A stretch of 64,000 nucleotides of DNA. It comes from Promethearchaeota archaeon. Lineage in GTDB: Archaea > Asgardarchaeota > Odinarchaeia > Odinarchaeales > JBHLKK01. The notes under the pieces were generated by a model. The model worked only from the letters and a program-made list of their open reading frames with translations. It did not search any database and was not told the origin of the DNA. The stretch is taken from positions 23,562 to 87,561 of the forward strand of contig JBHLPL010000001.1 in the NCBI GenBank assembly GCA_048939465.1. The letters run 5' to 3'. The position numbers and the translations under genes were made by a program. Numbering within the stretch: position 1 is the first letter of the stretch; each line of letters opens with the position of its first letter. Positions 50,101-58,806 of this stretch are shown piece after piece.

Positions 50101-51102
50101 TCGAACAGATTTGTTGATGAATACACAATTGCTGTTATATTTGAGAAATCGAATTATGAGGCAAGAACTGCTACATTCAATCTGAAGGTACTCGGGAGAC
50201 CCGCAGATTTTGAAACCGTCAGTTCATCCGTTTCAGCTGCTCACGGTAATGAGGCAACATTCAGCTTCCACATTTCAGATGCTCTAACCGGTCTTCCTCT
50301 TGAAAATGTGTCCATAGTCCTAGACTGTAGCATAAATCCGGCATATTTGTCTTGGATTAATGGTAGTGGATGGTATAACCTAACCATACTCACTGCAAAT
50401 CTTTCGCCCGGTTCATACGATATCAAATTGGTCATTACTCAATCAAACTACACAACTGAAGTCGAAAACGTTCATATGACCGTTGAATATGAAAGAATCC
50501 TTGGGATGCCTTGGCCTTCATTTATTCTAATGATTTCATTCATAGCTGGTGCCGTTGCTGCTACTGGGGGCCTTTTCAGATTCTACACTTGGAAGAAAGT
50601 ACCGCCTCTTGTCAGGAACATCAATAAGAGCCTCAAACACATGCAGCAAGGAGAAGTTGTAAACATAAAAAAGACGTTTCCAGACACAAAGGATAGGGAC
50701 TATGTTCTCGGAGAATTCCTGAACGAAGAGCTGGAGATTCTGGGAATAAGATCTGCAGCCTATGGGGAAGAAGGTTCTCAACTGCTCTCCATAGTTTCGG
50801 CGGCGACTTCATCCGAAACCGAAACAACGGAGTCTGAAACGCAGGTTATCAGGGCAGCGGAATCTGAGACTTTGCCTGAACCGGAAGCAACACAACCTGA
50901 AATGAAGGAATCTGAAGCAATGCCAAAAGAACCAGTCGAAGAACTTGAGGTAACCAAGGAACCTGAAATAGAGAAACCGGAGAAGAAAAAGCCTTACTCG
51001 GCAAAAGCCGGACCTAAGAGGCTAAAGACCAAGAAAACAGAAAAGAGAGAATCGAAATCAAGGTCAGGGAAGTCAAAGGCAAAAAACAAGGTGCAGAAAT
51101 AA
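47146..51102 (+). CDS. large N-glycosylation-sequon-rich surface protein (type I membrane topology, long cytoplasmic tail)
   Basis: signal peptide (LLISLVFTLFLISTLSSITVPPVTASP); >60 N-x-S/T sequons; beta-rich repeats; single TM (ILMISFIAGAVAATGGLF) near aa 1115; ~200-aa acidic then Lys-rich tail. Confidence 0.6.
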   Translation: MVVMQAKRKNLLISLVFTLFLISTLSSITVPPVTASPDTADWWNYNWNQRVPVMINTTGHNTSDIPIKIEGINFTQLLLDLGVGSPHDNNSVRVVEWNVASELNTELPSLFAPAGTYDSSSNAVGDVYWTMNGTTLENTNRTFYVYFDTTDAPGGPKSPPSYSVDPRLPEGIAYVRNAKDDISYESAQQLAAEYGLAQAALFNESVKSGSHYRSGSGWQNNSIDLVPDDYSMIILGSDSLDGGEIPGKLDIDSQFRSNLEAFIAGGGILVIQQITSSDPAQPLTGIQFTSSHGESYKKPLQQHEITTNPNNIRTENLNSLSDGFDKITDSTRYSSIANVTDNGGGPTGHRIRIIQRGAGYVIVEVLGWTSTGDIDKWKQIFENYLNYHINHTKDSLAITVGSQAEYSLINDVTVVVTNHEGLFVPDANVTMVNTTAQANNLSGYNQWALTDSNGQVFFPDVPDNNYNVTATYVTNMGDSTGILNDTFSNFNINYTQTLNLKVNITRLLVNITDVDNMTQYDLIPNWAEHYIVGLFNQSDGSPMANTTTTTLYESGGINWLVGELWWHNSSDNHVIKVLYEHPDYSNTLTLNETSNIQLDVSTSFNVNVSMTRLTVFARGYPTIDPLVNVVLELSNDTQAIANVTADDSGAVVFYWRTQPSQNYSIRAFYFDTLVSFIKFHESWSDWNESVSLPLPNATEKLIDIQLGAEYETDLVLTAFTPDVTYGDNVTVTVYFNVTSPSPRPVTGATARCYLRVGTTDIFMETMTEAGSGYYTLTFNTTHYGGIIGDENIEYRILVIVEKSGYTSPTPIFTDLTIRGLATTLDCSISPETIYWGDLITVDVTYEDLEDATVSYIIGSWDSGVFSDLGNGNYRTSIDTSKSSFWGDYILKITAEKPNYEMKYAEIALRINQIQTLINGSRILVTSPISVYAMEDSLIHFNYTTAGNIGINSTVHQYYWESISSGSGYGDLSYLGNGMYGLDFDTSNRFVDEYTIAVIFEKSNYEARTATFNLKVLGRPADFETVSSSVSAAHGNEATFSFHISDALTGLPLENVSIVLDCSINPAYLSWINGSGWYNLTILTANLSPGSYDIKLVITQSNYTTEVENVHMTVEYERILGMPWPSFILMISFIAGAVAATGGLFRFYTWKKVPPLVRNINKSLKHMQQGEVVNIKKTFPDTKDRDYVLGEFLNEELEILGIRSAAYGEEGSQLLSIVSAATSSETETTESETQVIRAAESETLPEPEATQPEMKESEAMPKEPVEELEVTKEPEIEKPEKKKPYSAKAGPKRLKTKKTEKRESKSRSGKSKAKNKVQK

Positions 51103-51175
51103 GGGACGCCTAAGGTGCCCCCTGAATCAATTTAAACCTCGGAGCGAACCCCCTCATTCCTATTTTCCTGTTTAC

Positions 51176-51922
51176 TTATGAGTTTTTACTTGCCTTGCCT
51201 CCTAGCCCGGGAAAGTAGTACTTTTCTCCTCTTGAATAGCTAGGATCCATTCTGGTAACCTTGGCTTTTTTTAATGCCTCTAATGCTCTTTTGACTCTGG
51301 TCTCGTTCCACCCGGTTTTCACCATGATTTCCTCAGGAGTCGTCCAGCCTTTCTCGCTTGCAATGTTCAATATCTCATTCTGATCATTTCCCAGCTCCAC
51401 AGAAATGAATTGAACAACCTTCACGTCTGACTTCAACTTCATGATTCCTGGTATCATATCTTCTTCTTCCATTTTCCTTATGGCCTTCATAACATCCTCT
51501 ACTGATATCTTTCCCTTGATCATTCCTGTGTTGACCAATAAAACAGCTTCTGGAATTGTCATAATTCCACCTGTTTCTTGCCTTCTCATCAGGGCTCTCT
51601 GATAAAGAAGCAAACCCAGTTTCTCATGATCAACTTTAGTTCTGAAAAATCCCTTCCTCACCACATCCTCTTCTCTCACAATCTGGGTAATAATAGCGCT
51701 TTTGGGAATACCGAACTTCTTTCTAATCTTTTCAACTTCCGAGCGGAACTCGGGATTTATGTCGAGCAGGATTCCATACTTCTTGACTATCTCTACCAGC
51801 TTTTCCCTCGTACGCTTGGCCATTTCAAGCTCGCTTGCCATATTCTGAAGTCTCAACTCAACGCCTTTTTCTTCCAAGGCTCGTTTTGCTCTCATCTCCT
51901 TCTCAATTTCGTAAAGACCCAA
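51176..51922 (-). CDS. Vps22-like ESCRT-II subunit (EAP30 domain)
   Basis: tandem winged-helix EAP30-like pattern: GGIMTIPEAVLLVNTGM...ISVEDVMKAIRKMEE...ILNIASEKGWTTPEEIMVKTGWNETRVKRALEALKKAKVTRMDPSYSRGEKYYFP. Confidence 0.55.
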   Translation of the reverse strand: MGLYEIEKEMRAKRALEEKGVELRLQNMASELEMAKRTREKLVEIVKKYGILLDINPEFRSEVEKIRKKFGIPKSAIITQIVREEDVVRKGFFRTKVDHEKLGLLLYQRALMRRQETGGIMTIPEAVLLVNTGMIKGKISVEDVMKAIRKMEEEDMIPGIMKLKSDVKVVQFISVELGNDQNEILNIASEKGWTTPEEIMVKTGWNETRVKRALEALKKAKVTRMDPSYSRGEKYYFPGLGGKASKNS

Positions 51923-52729
51923 TCAAACGCCCCCCTCGGACACTTCCTTCAGCTTAGCTTCAAAGTCTTTAAGCCATCTATCCGCTTGGAACCCAAGCCT
52001 TTCGGCCTCCTCTTCACTGACAGTCTCGCTTGGTTTTCGAGACTTAAGCCTGTCGCGCCATTCTTCAATCTCCTTGATAACCCAGTACTTCGCATTGAAT
52101 CCAGGAAATCTCTTCATAATACTCAGAAGCTCGTCTAGTCGTGGAACAAGCATATCAACTCTTGCTACGTCCTTCAGTCTTGTAAGATCCATCACAGTAA
52201 TCAGATTCGTTGTGATGTCGAGCGTTTTAGAAGCGACTGTTGCAGGAGAAGCTGTCAAAATCTCTAGAAGAGCGCCTGTCTCACCCTCTGCAAGTTTTAG
52301 TTTATTGATCGCCAAAGGAAACTCCCTTACTATTCCTTCATCTTCCAAGAACTTGGCAACGTCGATATTCAGTTCTTCCAATCTGCCTTTAGCCTTGAAT
52401 GCGCCTGTCATTAGCGCTCGGACTTGACGCTTGTACATTGCTGGCTCTATTCTGGCTTCCTTGAAACTCTCGATTATGGATTCCAGTGTTGCGATGCATG
52501 CATAGAGTTCTGCCTGTTTGTCAAGAACGTATTTTCTCTGGGAAGGACTGAGCCTCTGAAGTGCTTCAGACTCCCCCCCTCGAACCGACTCGCTTAGTGT
52601 CGATTTGTATTCCGACGCAGTTGAGCTGTTTTCAAGGGGCTCTTTTGGGGCTTCTTCTTTTTTCTTTTCCTTTCTTTTCTTTTCTGCCTCGGATGTTTCA
52701 CGCTTTCTGGTTACTTCCATCCCGTTCAC
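51923..52729 (-). CDS. Vps28-like ESCRT-I subunit
   Basis: AELYACIATLESIIESFKEARIEPAMYKRQVRALMTGAFKA ~ human VPS28 [42 protein letters not shown]; C-terminal ITVMDLTRL ~ ITVMDKLRL four-helix-bundle region. Confidence 0.6.
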   Translation of the reverse strand: MNGMEVTRKRETSEAEKKRKEKKKEEAPKEPLENSSTASEYKSTLSESVRGGESEALQRLSPSQRKYVLDKQAELYACIATLESIIESFKEARIEPAMYKRQVRALMTGAFKAKGRLEELNIDVAKFLEDEGIVREFPLAINKLKLAEGETGALLEILTASPATVASKTLDITTNLITVMDLTRLKDVARVDMLVPRLDELLSIMKRFPGFNAKYWVIKEIEEWRDRLKSRKPSETVSEEEAERLGFQADRWLKDFEAKLKEVSEGGV

Positions 52730-52750
52730 CAGCGAGTGAGAAAAAGAATA

Positions 52751-53548
52751 TTACTTCTTCAGTTCCTCAAGCTTCTTGGTAACCAAATACAAGTCTTTCT
52801 TATAACGTTTATAGAGCTTACCATACTCTACGTCGCTGATTTCGCCCGATTCGTACTTCATCTCGAGGTTTTGCAGGAGGTCCTCAGTTGCGATCTTTTC
52901 ACCCTCAAGGTCCAATATCCTCTCTTCTTTTGGGTCGCCAAGTTTGGGGGCCTCATGTTGGCCTGAAAGCGAAATGCTTCGAGCGTCCATCGCTCCGCGT
53001 ATTCTGGCCAGTTCCTCGTCCTTTTTCTGCATAACATCTCTCAATCTTAACGTTTCTCTCTCAAGGTTCAGAACCTTTGATTGGAGTTGTCTAACGCCTT
53101 CCGAAACCGCGGCTGTAGGTTCCAGAGCAGTTGTGGCTGTTGCGGGGGCAGAAACATATATGGGTCTGGGCGGCTTACGTGCAAAGAGACCTTTCAGTGT
53201 ATTGACAACCTGATGGATGTGATATTCTGGACGCCATTCGGAGAGTATTTTCAGGCTAACTTCTCCGGATTGCCTATTGATCTGGGGGTGATCTGTCGGC
53301 GTAATCATTTTCACACTAGGCGCTGACCTTGGAAAGTCATCAGGTAATGCTATCTCAACTTCGAATCTCCTCTTCGCGTGTTGTCCTCTACCCGGTATGG
53401 AACCTCTCCAAAGCCTCAGGTTTCCTCTGACTGGAGTAAATTCCTGCGCTCGTCTGTACATGAGTTGGGCTTCTTTAGCAACAATCAATTCAGCATCTTC
53501 AGACAAGTGATTGCCTCCCTTTTGGGTTTTTTCAAGAATAATTATCAA
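52751..53548 (-). CDS. UEV-domain protein (Tsg101/Vps23-like ESCRT-I subunit; catalytically inactive E2 fold plus coiled-coil stalk)
   Basis: UBC-fold region FPRSAPSVKMITPTDHPQINRQSGEVSLKILSEWRP with HP(N) motif but the E2 catalytic Cys replaced by Ser (EVSLKIL vs RICLGIL in the true E2 at 37924..38364); C-terminal coiled coil. Confidence 0.55.
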   Translation of the reverse strand: MIIILEKTQKGGNHLSEDAELIVAKEAQLMYRRAQEFTPVRGNLRLWRGSIPGRGQHAKRRFEVEIALPDDFPRSAPSVKMITPTDHPQINRQSGEVSLKILSEWRPEYHIHQVVNTLKGLFARKPPRPIYVSAPATATTALEPTAAVSEGVRQLQSKVLNLERETLRLRDVMQKKDEELARIRGAMDARSISLSGQHEAPKLGDPKEERILDLEGEKIATEDLLQNLEMKYESGEISDVEYGKLYKRYKKDLYLVTKKLEELKK

Positions 53549-53602
53549 GAACAGACATAAAAACTCTTGCCATATTGTGCTTCTCAGAAGGAAAAGGAAT
53601 GA

Positions 53603-54946
53603 TTATTTCAGAAACTTCTTTTCAAACGAATTGACTACTTCTTCAAGGTTTGGTCTACCAATCTCTTGGAGTTCGTACCTGACCCTTACAGTCGGTTTGT
53701 CAATTCTGATAATCCTGGTTAAATCTATTGGCGTTCCTATTACAACAACATCACAGTCGGCCGCATTGATCGTGTCCTCAAGATCTTTTATTTGCTCTTC
53801 GCCGTAGCCTACAGCAGGCAGCACTTTACCTATGTGTGGGTATTTCTCAAAAATCCTTTTGATAGATCCAGTGGAATAAGGACGGGGGTCAATAACTTCT
53901 GCTTCAAGTTCTCGAGCCATGATCATGCCCGCGCCGTAAGCCATACCGCCGTGTGTTACGCTCGGACCGTCTTCGATGACCAAAACCCGCCTTCCTTTTA
54001 TCGACTGATCTTTATCTATGGACTTCTTCATAACCGCCCTAATTATCGTTGCCTTTGGATTCACGTGTTCTATATTATTCCTCACATATTCTACGTTTTT
54101 TTGGGCCGCAGTATCTACCTTATTGATTATTACCACGTCTGCCATCCTGAGATTTGCCTCGCCAGGATGATAAGTAATCTCATGGCCTGGTCTGTGAGGA
54201 TCTGTTATCACGATATGTAAGTCGGGTTTGATAAATGGCAAGTCATTATTGCCTCCATCCCAAATAATTACGTCTGCCTCTGCCTCTGCCTCTCTCAGAA
54301 TCCTTTCATAATCTACGCCGGAATAAACTACAATTCCTTGTTCTATGTGTGGGGCATAATCTTCCCTTTCCTCAATTGTGCAGTCATATTTATCCAGATC
54401 TTCGAAAGTCGCAAATCTCTGACTTATTTGGTTTATTAAGTCTCCATAAGGCATTGGGTGCCTTATGACAACAGTGCGATATCCCTTACTCCGCAATATC
54501 CTACTCACTCTCCGCGTTGTTGGTGATTTTCCGGCTCCGGTTCTGACTGCGCACACAGAAATAACCGGTTTTCTGGATGTCAGTGCTGTGCTTTTGAGAC
54601 CCATCAGTCTGAAATCTGGGCCACATGAAAGCACGATAGAAGCTTTATGCATTACTTCCACATGAGAAAGATCACTGTATGCCAGAACTACTTGGTCTAC
54701 ATCATGTTCTTTTATTAGATTTGGCAAATCCTCCTCGGGATATATAGGAATCCCATTGGGGTAATTCGGACCAGCTAACTTGGGATGATACAATCTGTTG
54801 GCAATATTGGGTATTTGAGACGCTGTAAATGCGATGACGCGATATCTTTTGTCGTTCCTGAAGTATACGTTGAAATTGTGGAAGTCCCTTCCCGCAGCAC
54901 CCATTATGACTACTTTTATCTGTTTCACCAACCTCACCAACTTCAA
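53603..54946 (-). CDS. P-loop NTPase of the COG2403 / cyclic 2,3-diphosphoglycerate-synthetase-like family
   Basis: 447 aa; Walker A VCAVRTGAGKSPTT; family assignment from recollection, not verified. Confidence 0.4.
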   Translation of the reverse strand: MKLVRLVKQIKVVIMGAAGRDFHNFNVYFRNDKRYRVIAFTASQIPNIANRLYHPKLAGPNYPNGIPIYPEEDLPNLIKEHDVDQVVLAYSDLSHVEVMHKASIVLSCGPDFRLMGLKSTALTSRKPVISVCAVRTGAGKSPTTRRVSRILRSKGYRTVVIRHPMPYGDLINQISQRFATFEDLDKYDCTIEEREDYAPHIEQGIVVYSGVDYERILREAEAEADVIIWDGGNNDLPFIKPDLHIVITDPHRPGHEITYHPGEANLRMADVVIINKVDTAAQKNVEYVRNNIEHVNPKATIIRAVMKKSIDKDQSIKGRRVLVIEDGPSVTHGGMAYGAGMIMARELEAEVIDPRPYSTGSIKRIFEKYPHIGKVLPAVGYGEEQIKDLEDTINAADCDVVVIGTPIDLTRIIRIDKPTVRVRYELQEIGRPNLEEVVNSFEKKFLK

Positions 54947-55266
54947 CCCTATTTGATAGGAGACGGTCTACCAAAGATTGGGGATGAAAATTGCCGAGTA
55001 TTTATGTCCTTCTTCTTTATATATTTTTGACACTTGAAATTCCGGGCATTTCTAATTCCGAAATAGGAGAATCAGATCCTTGATCGGTAATCAGTGTATA
55101 TGGATTCGATCTATCAAGATTCCAAAAAAAGGAAAATCTTCTTGACGCTCTTCCCTATCGGCGGGTAGAATTGGCGCAGTCTGCGCACCCAGAAAAGAAG
55201 CAAACTACTCCCCCCTTCAGGAAGGAGTCTCCTTGAGGTGGTTTAGATGGATTCTCCAATTAATGA

Positions 55267-55791
55267 CTACTCACTCTGGGTTTTCAACTTCGTAAAAAGT
55301 TGCTTTAACTCCATGTTTAGTGCTCTTCGGACATTTACTGGACTGATAGGTATTGCGGGTCTGGGCGGCTCAGCTGCTCCTTGTGCGGCCACAGGAGTAG
55401 CTCCGCCTGTAGCTGCGGGTGCAACTCCAGGAGCAGTAGCGGGGGTAGGTGACGGTGAAGCTGAGGCAGACGTAGAGGCTGGAGCCGTTGGCGATACTGC
55501 TGAAGGTCTTATTGCGGTCTCTGCAGGTTTCCCAGCGGCCCCTTGGGAAACGGTACTTGCAGTGACTGGAAGAGAGACTCGAGACTCAATCGAGTTAATC
55601 CTACTCTCTATTACGCCTATTTTGATTTCGAGGTTCTTGGACAGACTATTCAGGTTTTGCTCCAGCATATCAATGGCGTTTATAACGATTTCCATAACTC
55701 TGCTTAGTATCGTACTAATTTCCTGGATACGCTTTGGTTGTGACAGCGTTTCATCAATAAGCCTTACGAAGTCTTCTCCCATATCGAACAC
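55267..55791 (-). CDS. coiled-coil protein with Ala/Pro/Thr-rich low-complexity segment
   Basis: N-terminal heptad pattern (LEQNLNSLSKNLEIKIGVIESRINSIESRV); APAST-rich middle; competing plus-strand ORF 55247..55810 covers the same biased DNA. Confidence 0.35.
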   Translation of the reverse strand: MFDMGEDFVRLIDETLSQPKRIQEISTILSRVMEIVINAIDMLEQNLNSLSKNLEIKIGVIESRINSIESRVSLPVTASTVSQGAAGKPAETAIRPSAVSPTAPASTSASASPSPTPATAPGVAPAATGGATPVAAQGAAEPPRPAIPISPVNVRRALNMELKQLFTKLKTQSE

Positions 55792-55806
55792 CGTCTATGA
55801 TTATCA

Positions 55807-56649
55807 CTAAACTTTGCGGTTTATAATCTTTTCTTTTGTATGACTAATAATCATCGCTGTCTTTTTCCCTTCTTCTTTCCTCCTGTCCGAGGCAACCTCG
55901 TGGTTAGTGTTTTGGGTCTCTTTTGCTTCCATCTTCTCCCCCGAGATCTCTTCCTTTCTTTTCTCCTTGGTTATGAATGAACCCCAATCTATTCTGAGCA
56001 TCAGATAGACCAATAGAATCGTTCCCAAAATTCCTATCACGGTACCTGCTGTGCCCCCGCCTCCAAATAATGCTTCAACCAGCGGCCGGAAAAACCTCCC
56101 TCCGTAAGCCAAGATTGCGCATAGAACTATCTTCCCCAAAATGGCTGCGACAACCGCTTTGACAATGCTATACTTCATTACGCCTACAGGGATAAGAAGC
56201 ATATCATCAGGTAAAGGCGTAGCTGCGAACAAGAATATTGCTGCAAATCCATACTTCTCAATTAACTTCTTCATGGATTCTATTCTCTTACCGTATTTTT
56301 CTTCGATTAGCTCCCTTCCTCCCCGCCCTATCGCATAGGCGCTCAATTCTCCAATAGCTGCGCCAAATCCGCAGACTAATGCAAGTATCAGCGGCTCAAT
56401 AAACTCCTGGGTTCCCAGAAGGATTACAGCCAGAGCGTAGGGAACGGGTAGGAAAACTGTGAAGTTGCCAAAGGTGGATATTAGGAAGGCCCCGAAATAG
56501 ACAGACAGTGGACTTCCCACAGCAAAGTTGAACATCCCAATCGTTAAGCTGTCAAAGAAATTGGCAATAGCTTCTATTGAAAACAGAACCACCAATGCTA
56601 TTCCGGTGATTACAAAAGCTATTATGAAAATAATGTCTCGACGTTCCAT
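55807..56649 (-). CDS. DedA/TVP38 family membrane protein
   Basis: DedA core: AYAIGRGGRELIEEKYGKRIESMKKLIEKYGFAAIFLFAATPLPDDMLLIPVGVMKYS (G-R-x-x-G ... re-entrant P-containing helices); ~6 TM. Confidence 0.55.
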   Translation of the reverse strand: MERRDIIFIIAFVITGIALVVLFSIEAIANFFDSLTIGMFNFAVGSPLSVYFGAFLISTFGNFTVFLPVPYALAVILLGTQEFIEPLILALVCGFGAAIGELSAYAIGRGGRELIEEKYGKRIESMKKLIEKYGFAAIFLFAATPLPDDMLLIPVGVMKYSIVKAVVAAILGKIVLCAILAYGGRFFRPLVEALFGGGGTAGTVIGILGTILLVYLMLRIDWGSFITKEKRKEEISGEKMEAKETQNTNHEVASDRRKEEGKKTAMIISHTKEKIINRKV

Positions 56650-56719
56650 GCTTCATCCGCTCGGTCTGCATCGCGATATGTATAACGTGATGTATAGTAA
56701 TATAAGCCAATAAGCATAT

Positions 56720-57685
56720 ATGACTATTTCCACTCCGAATTCTCCGTTAACCTTGATGGAGGATATACTGCTGGCAGAGCTTAAGGCCCTTGTAGAAATA
56801 ATTCGGTTGCCCAATTGCCTCATGGGTAGCTTGACCACGTCGATTTCCGTATTGACAGTAGACAGCATCCTAGACCTGACAGCCGGAGTAAGCCTGTCCG
56901 CTGTTAGCCTCATCTGGTTGCTTGTTATTGCCTATATTACTTACGTCTTTGCAGCGGCTGCAGGGAACGTTGTAAATGACGTATTCGATATCGAAGTAGA
57001 CAGGATAAATCGGCCAAATCGGGTGCTTCCAAGAAGAGCACTAACTGTGCGTCAAGCTAAGATATACACAATTCTGCTTTGGCTGGCCTGTTCATTCTGC
57101 GCCTTCTTAACAAGCATCCCGGCTGGAATTATTGCTACAACCTTTTCACTAGTTGGTTTCGGTTATGCATCAAGGGCCAAACTGCTAGGAATATGGGGGA
57201 ACTTCACCGTTTCGTTTTCTTTTGCCTTTGGTTTGATTTACGGCTCTCTAATAACTTATTATGCCGCTTTGGGCACGCTGGGTCTCCCCCTCCTAATATG
57301 GCTTTACTTCTTCACGGCGTTCTTTATCCTTCAGGGCAGAGAAGTGATTAAGGGGATGGAGGATGTTGAGGGTGACCGAGTGAGGGGTGTGAAAACCGTA
57401 GCTTTGGTTTACGGCTTTAGGAGGGCATCTATCGTGGCTGCTCTTTTCAATATCATAAGCATGATTTGCTTCACAGCCGCGTGGTTTCTGAGTTGGTCCG
57501 GCTGGTCGTCCTTACCAAATATCTGGTACACCGTTTTTCTATTACCCGGCGATGGTATTGTGCTGGCTTCTACAATCTTGATCTTAATGAAATCATCTTC
57601 ATCTTCAGCTCAGAATAGAGCCAGTTTCTATTCCAAAATAGGAAGTCTCCTAGGTCTGTTGGCATTCTTGGTAGGAGCACTATAA
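56720..57685 (+). CDS. UbiA-family prenyltransferase (DGGGP-synthase-like)
   Basis: Asp-rich motif NDVFDIEVDRINRPNRVLP (NDxxDxxxD); 8-9 TM helices; second Asp-rich region EDVEGDRVRGVKT. Confidence 0.8.
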   Translation: MTISTPNSPLTLMEDILLAELKALVEIIRLPNCLMGSLTTSISVLTVDSILDLTAGVSLSAVSLIWLLVIAYITYVFAAAAGNVVNDVFDIEVDRINRPNRVLPRRALTVRQAKIYTILLWLACSFCAFLTSIPAGIIATTFSLVGFGYASRAKLLGIWGNFTVSFSFAFGLIYGSLITYYAALGTLGLPLLIWLYFFTAFFILQGREVIKGMEDVEGDRVRGVKTVALVYGFRRASIVAALFNIISMICFTAAWFLSWSGWSSLPNIWYTVFLLPGDGIVLASTILILMKSSSSSAQNRASFYSKIGSLLGLLAFLVGAL

Positions 57686-57902
57686 ACGGTTTTCTGAGAG
57701 TCTGCGCATCTCGAATTGCGTAGTTCTCAACATAAAGCTGATTTCATTAAAGATTCAACATTAAAACCTACTGCGTCTCGTAATGTTTTTATACTATTAT
57801 GACAATAATTTATGTAGCTAAACTACAAAATTGGGAACCTCTCGATGATGTGTCTGCTGAGTGACCTAGAAACTCTACACTAATCATTGTGAGGGATATG
57901 CA

Positions 57903-58760
57903 ATGATTCATTCGGTTTATGTAATCCGAAGGACAGGAGAATGCCTATTCTCCAGAGTATATGATAAGAACGGAATCGACGAAGCCCTAATATCCGGCTT
58001 CTTAAGCGCTCTACAATCTTTCATAAATGAAATCAGTGGAGATTATGTAAGGACTCTGAAAACTGGAAATGTGAAATTTGTCTATAATTTACTGGATGAT
58101 CTGATATTCGTATTCTGCGTCGATCTAGAAGAAGATGAGGAAAAACTGAGAAAGAAGATAAATCTCACTCAGAGTGTCTTCGTAAGGAGATTTGGCAGCA
58201 TAATAGAAGGCTGGAATGGTCAAACCAGCATCTTCGAATCCTTCAATGTAACAGTAGATGACATTGTTACAGATCTCGTAAAGGTATCCGTAATTGGATT
58301 TGGGGGTGTCGGTAAGACGACTCTCCTCAAGCTTATTCTAAGGGAAGAAGTTCCCGTACAACACATTCCAACAATAGCGGTTGATATCAAAGATCTTAAC
58401 GGTGTAAAATCCCCGGCAAAGGTGGTCATGTGGGATTTTGCTGGACAACAGCGTTTTGAATCCCTTTGGGATGTGATGATTAAAGGCTCAGACGTTATTC
58501 TAATTGTTACGGATTCTTCCATGTTAAATATAGTAAAGACCAAGAAAAAAATCATCTCCCTCATTAAAGAGCATAATCCCGGCGCGAGAGTTATTGCTAT
58601 TGCAAACAAACAAGACCTTCCGAATTCGATAAAGCCAAGAGCAATTAGTGACCTTCTAGGCGTACCGGTTTATGGAATTGTCGGCATAGACCCTTCAAAT
58701 CGAGGGCAATTGCTTGAGATAATAGGCGATACTGTTAATAGCTGGCTAGAATATTCATAA
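57903..58760 (+). CDS. roadblock/longin-like domain fused to small GTPase
   Basis: N-terminal ~100 aa MIHSVYVIRRTGECLFSRVY...ISGFLSALQSFINEISGDY (roadblock/LC7-longin-like); GTPase G1 GFGGVGKTTL, G3 WDFAGQQRF, G4 ANKQDL; ~60% identical to GTPase core of 39182..39913. Confidence 0.7.
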   Translation: MIHSVYVIRRTGECLFSRVYDKNGIDEALISGFLSALQSFINEISGDYVRTLKTGNVKFVYNLLDDLIFVFCVDLEEDEEKLRKKINLTQSVFVRRFGSIIEGWNGQTSIFESFNVTVDDIVTDLVKVSVIGFGGVGKTTLLKLILREEVPVQHIPTIAVDIKDLNGVKSPAKVVMWDFAGQQRFESLWDVMIKGSDVILIVTDSSMLNIVKTKKKIISLIKEHNPGARVIAIANKQDLPNSIKPRAISDLLGVPVYGIVGIDPSNRGQLLEIIGDTVNSWLEYS

Positions 58761-58806
58761 ACTATCCACTAGGCCGTTTGTTCATTCGCCGCTGGAGTAG
58801 GGCTTA

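Noticed and set aside
55130-55200. GC-rich palindromic segment gggtagaattggcgcagtctgcgcaccc examined as possible tRNA/ncRNA
   Set aside because: No cloverleaf could be folded; probably a hairpin terminator or regulatory element of the flanking divergent genes
57780-57830. C/D-box-like elements (gatgatg ... ctga) upstream of the roadblock-GTPase gene
   Set aside because: C-like and D-like boxes are only ~8 nt apart with no C'/D' pair or terminal stem; not a plausible sRNA
58220-58609. 129-aa antisense ORF inside the roadblock-GTPase gene
   Set aside because: Entirely within and antisense to a CDS with intact GTPase motifs
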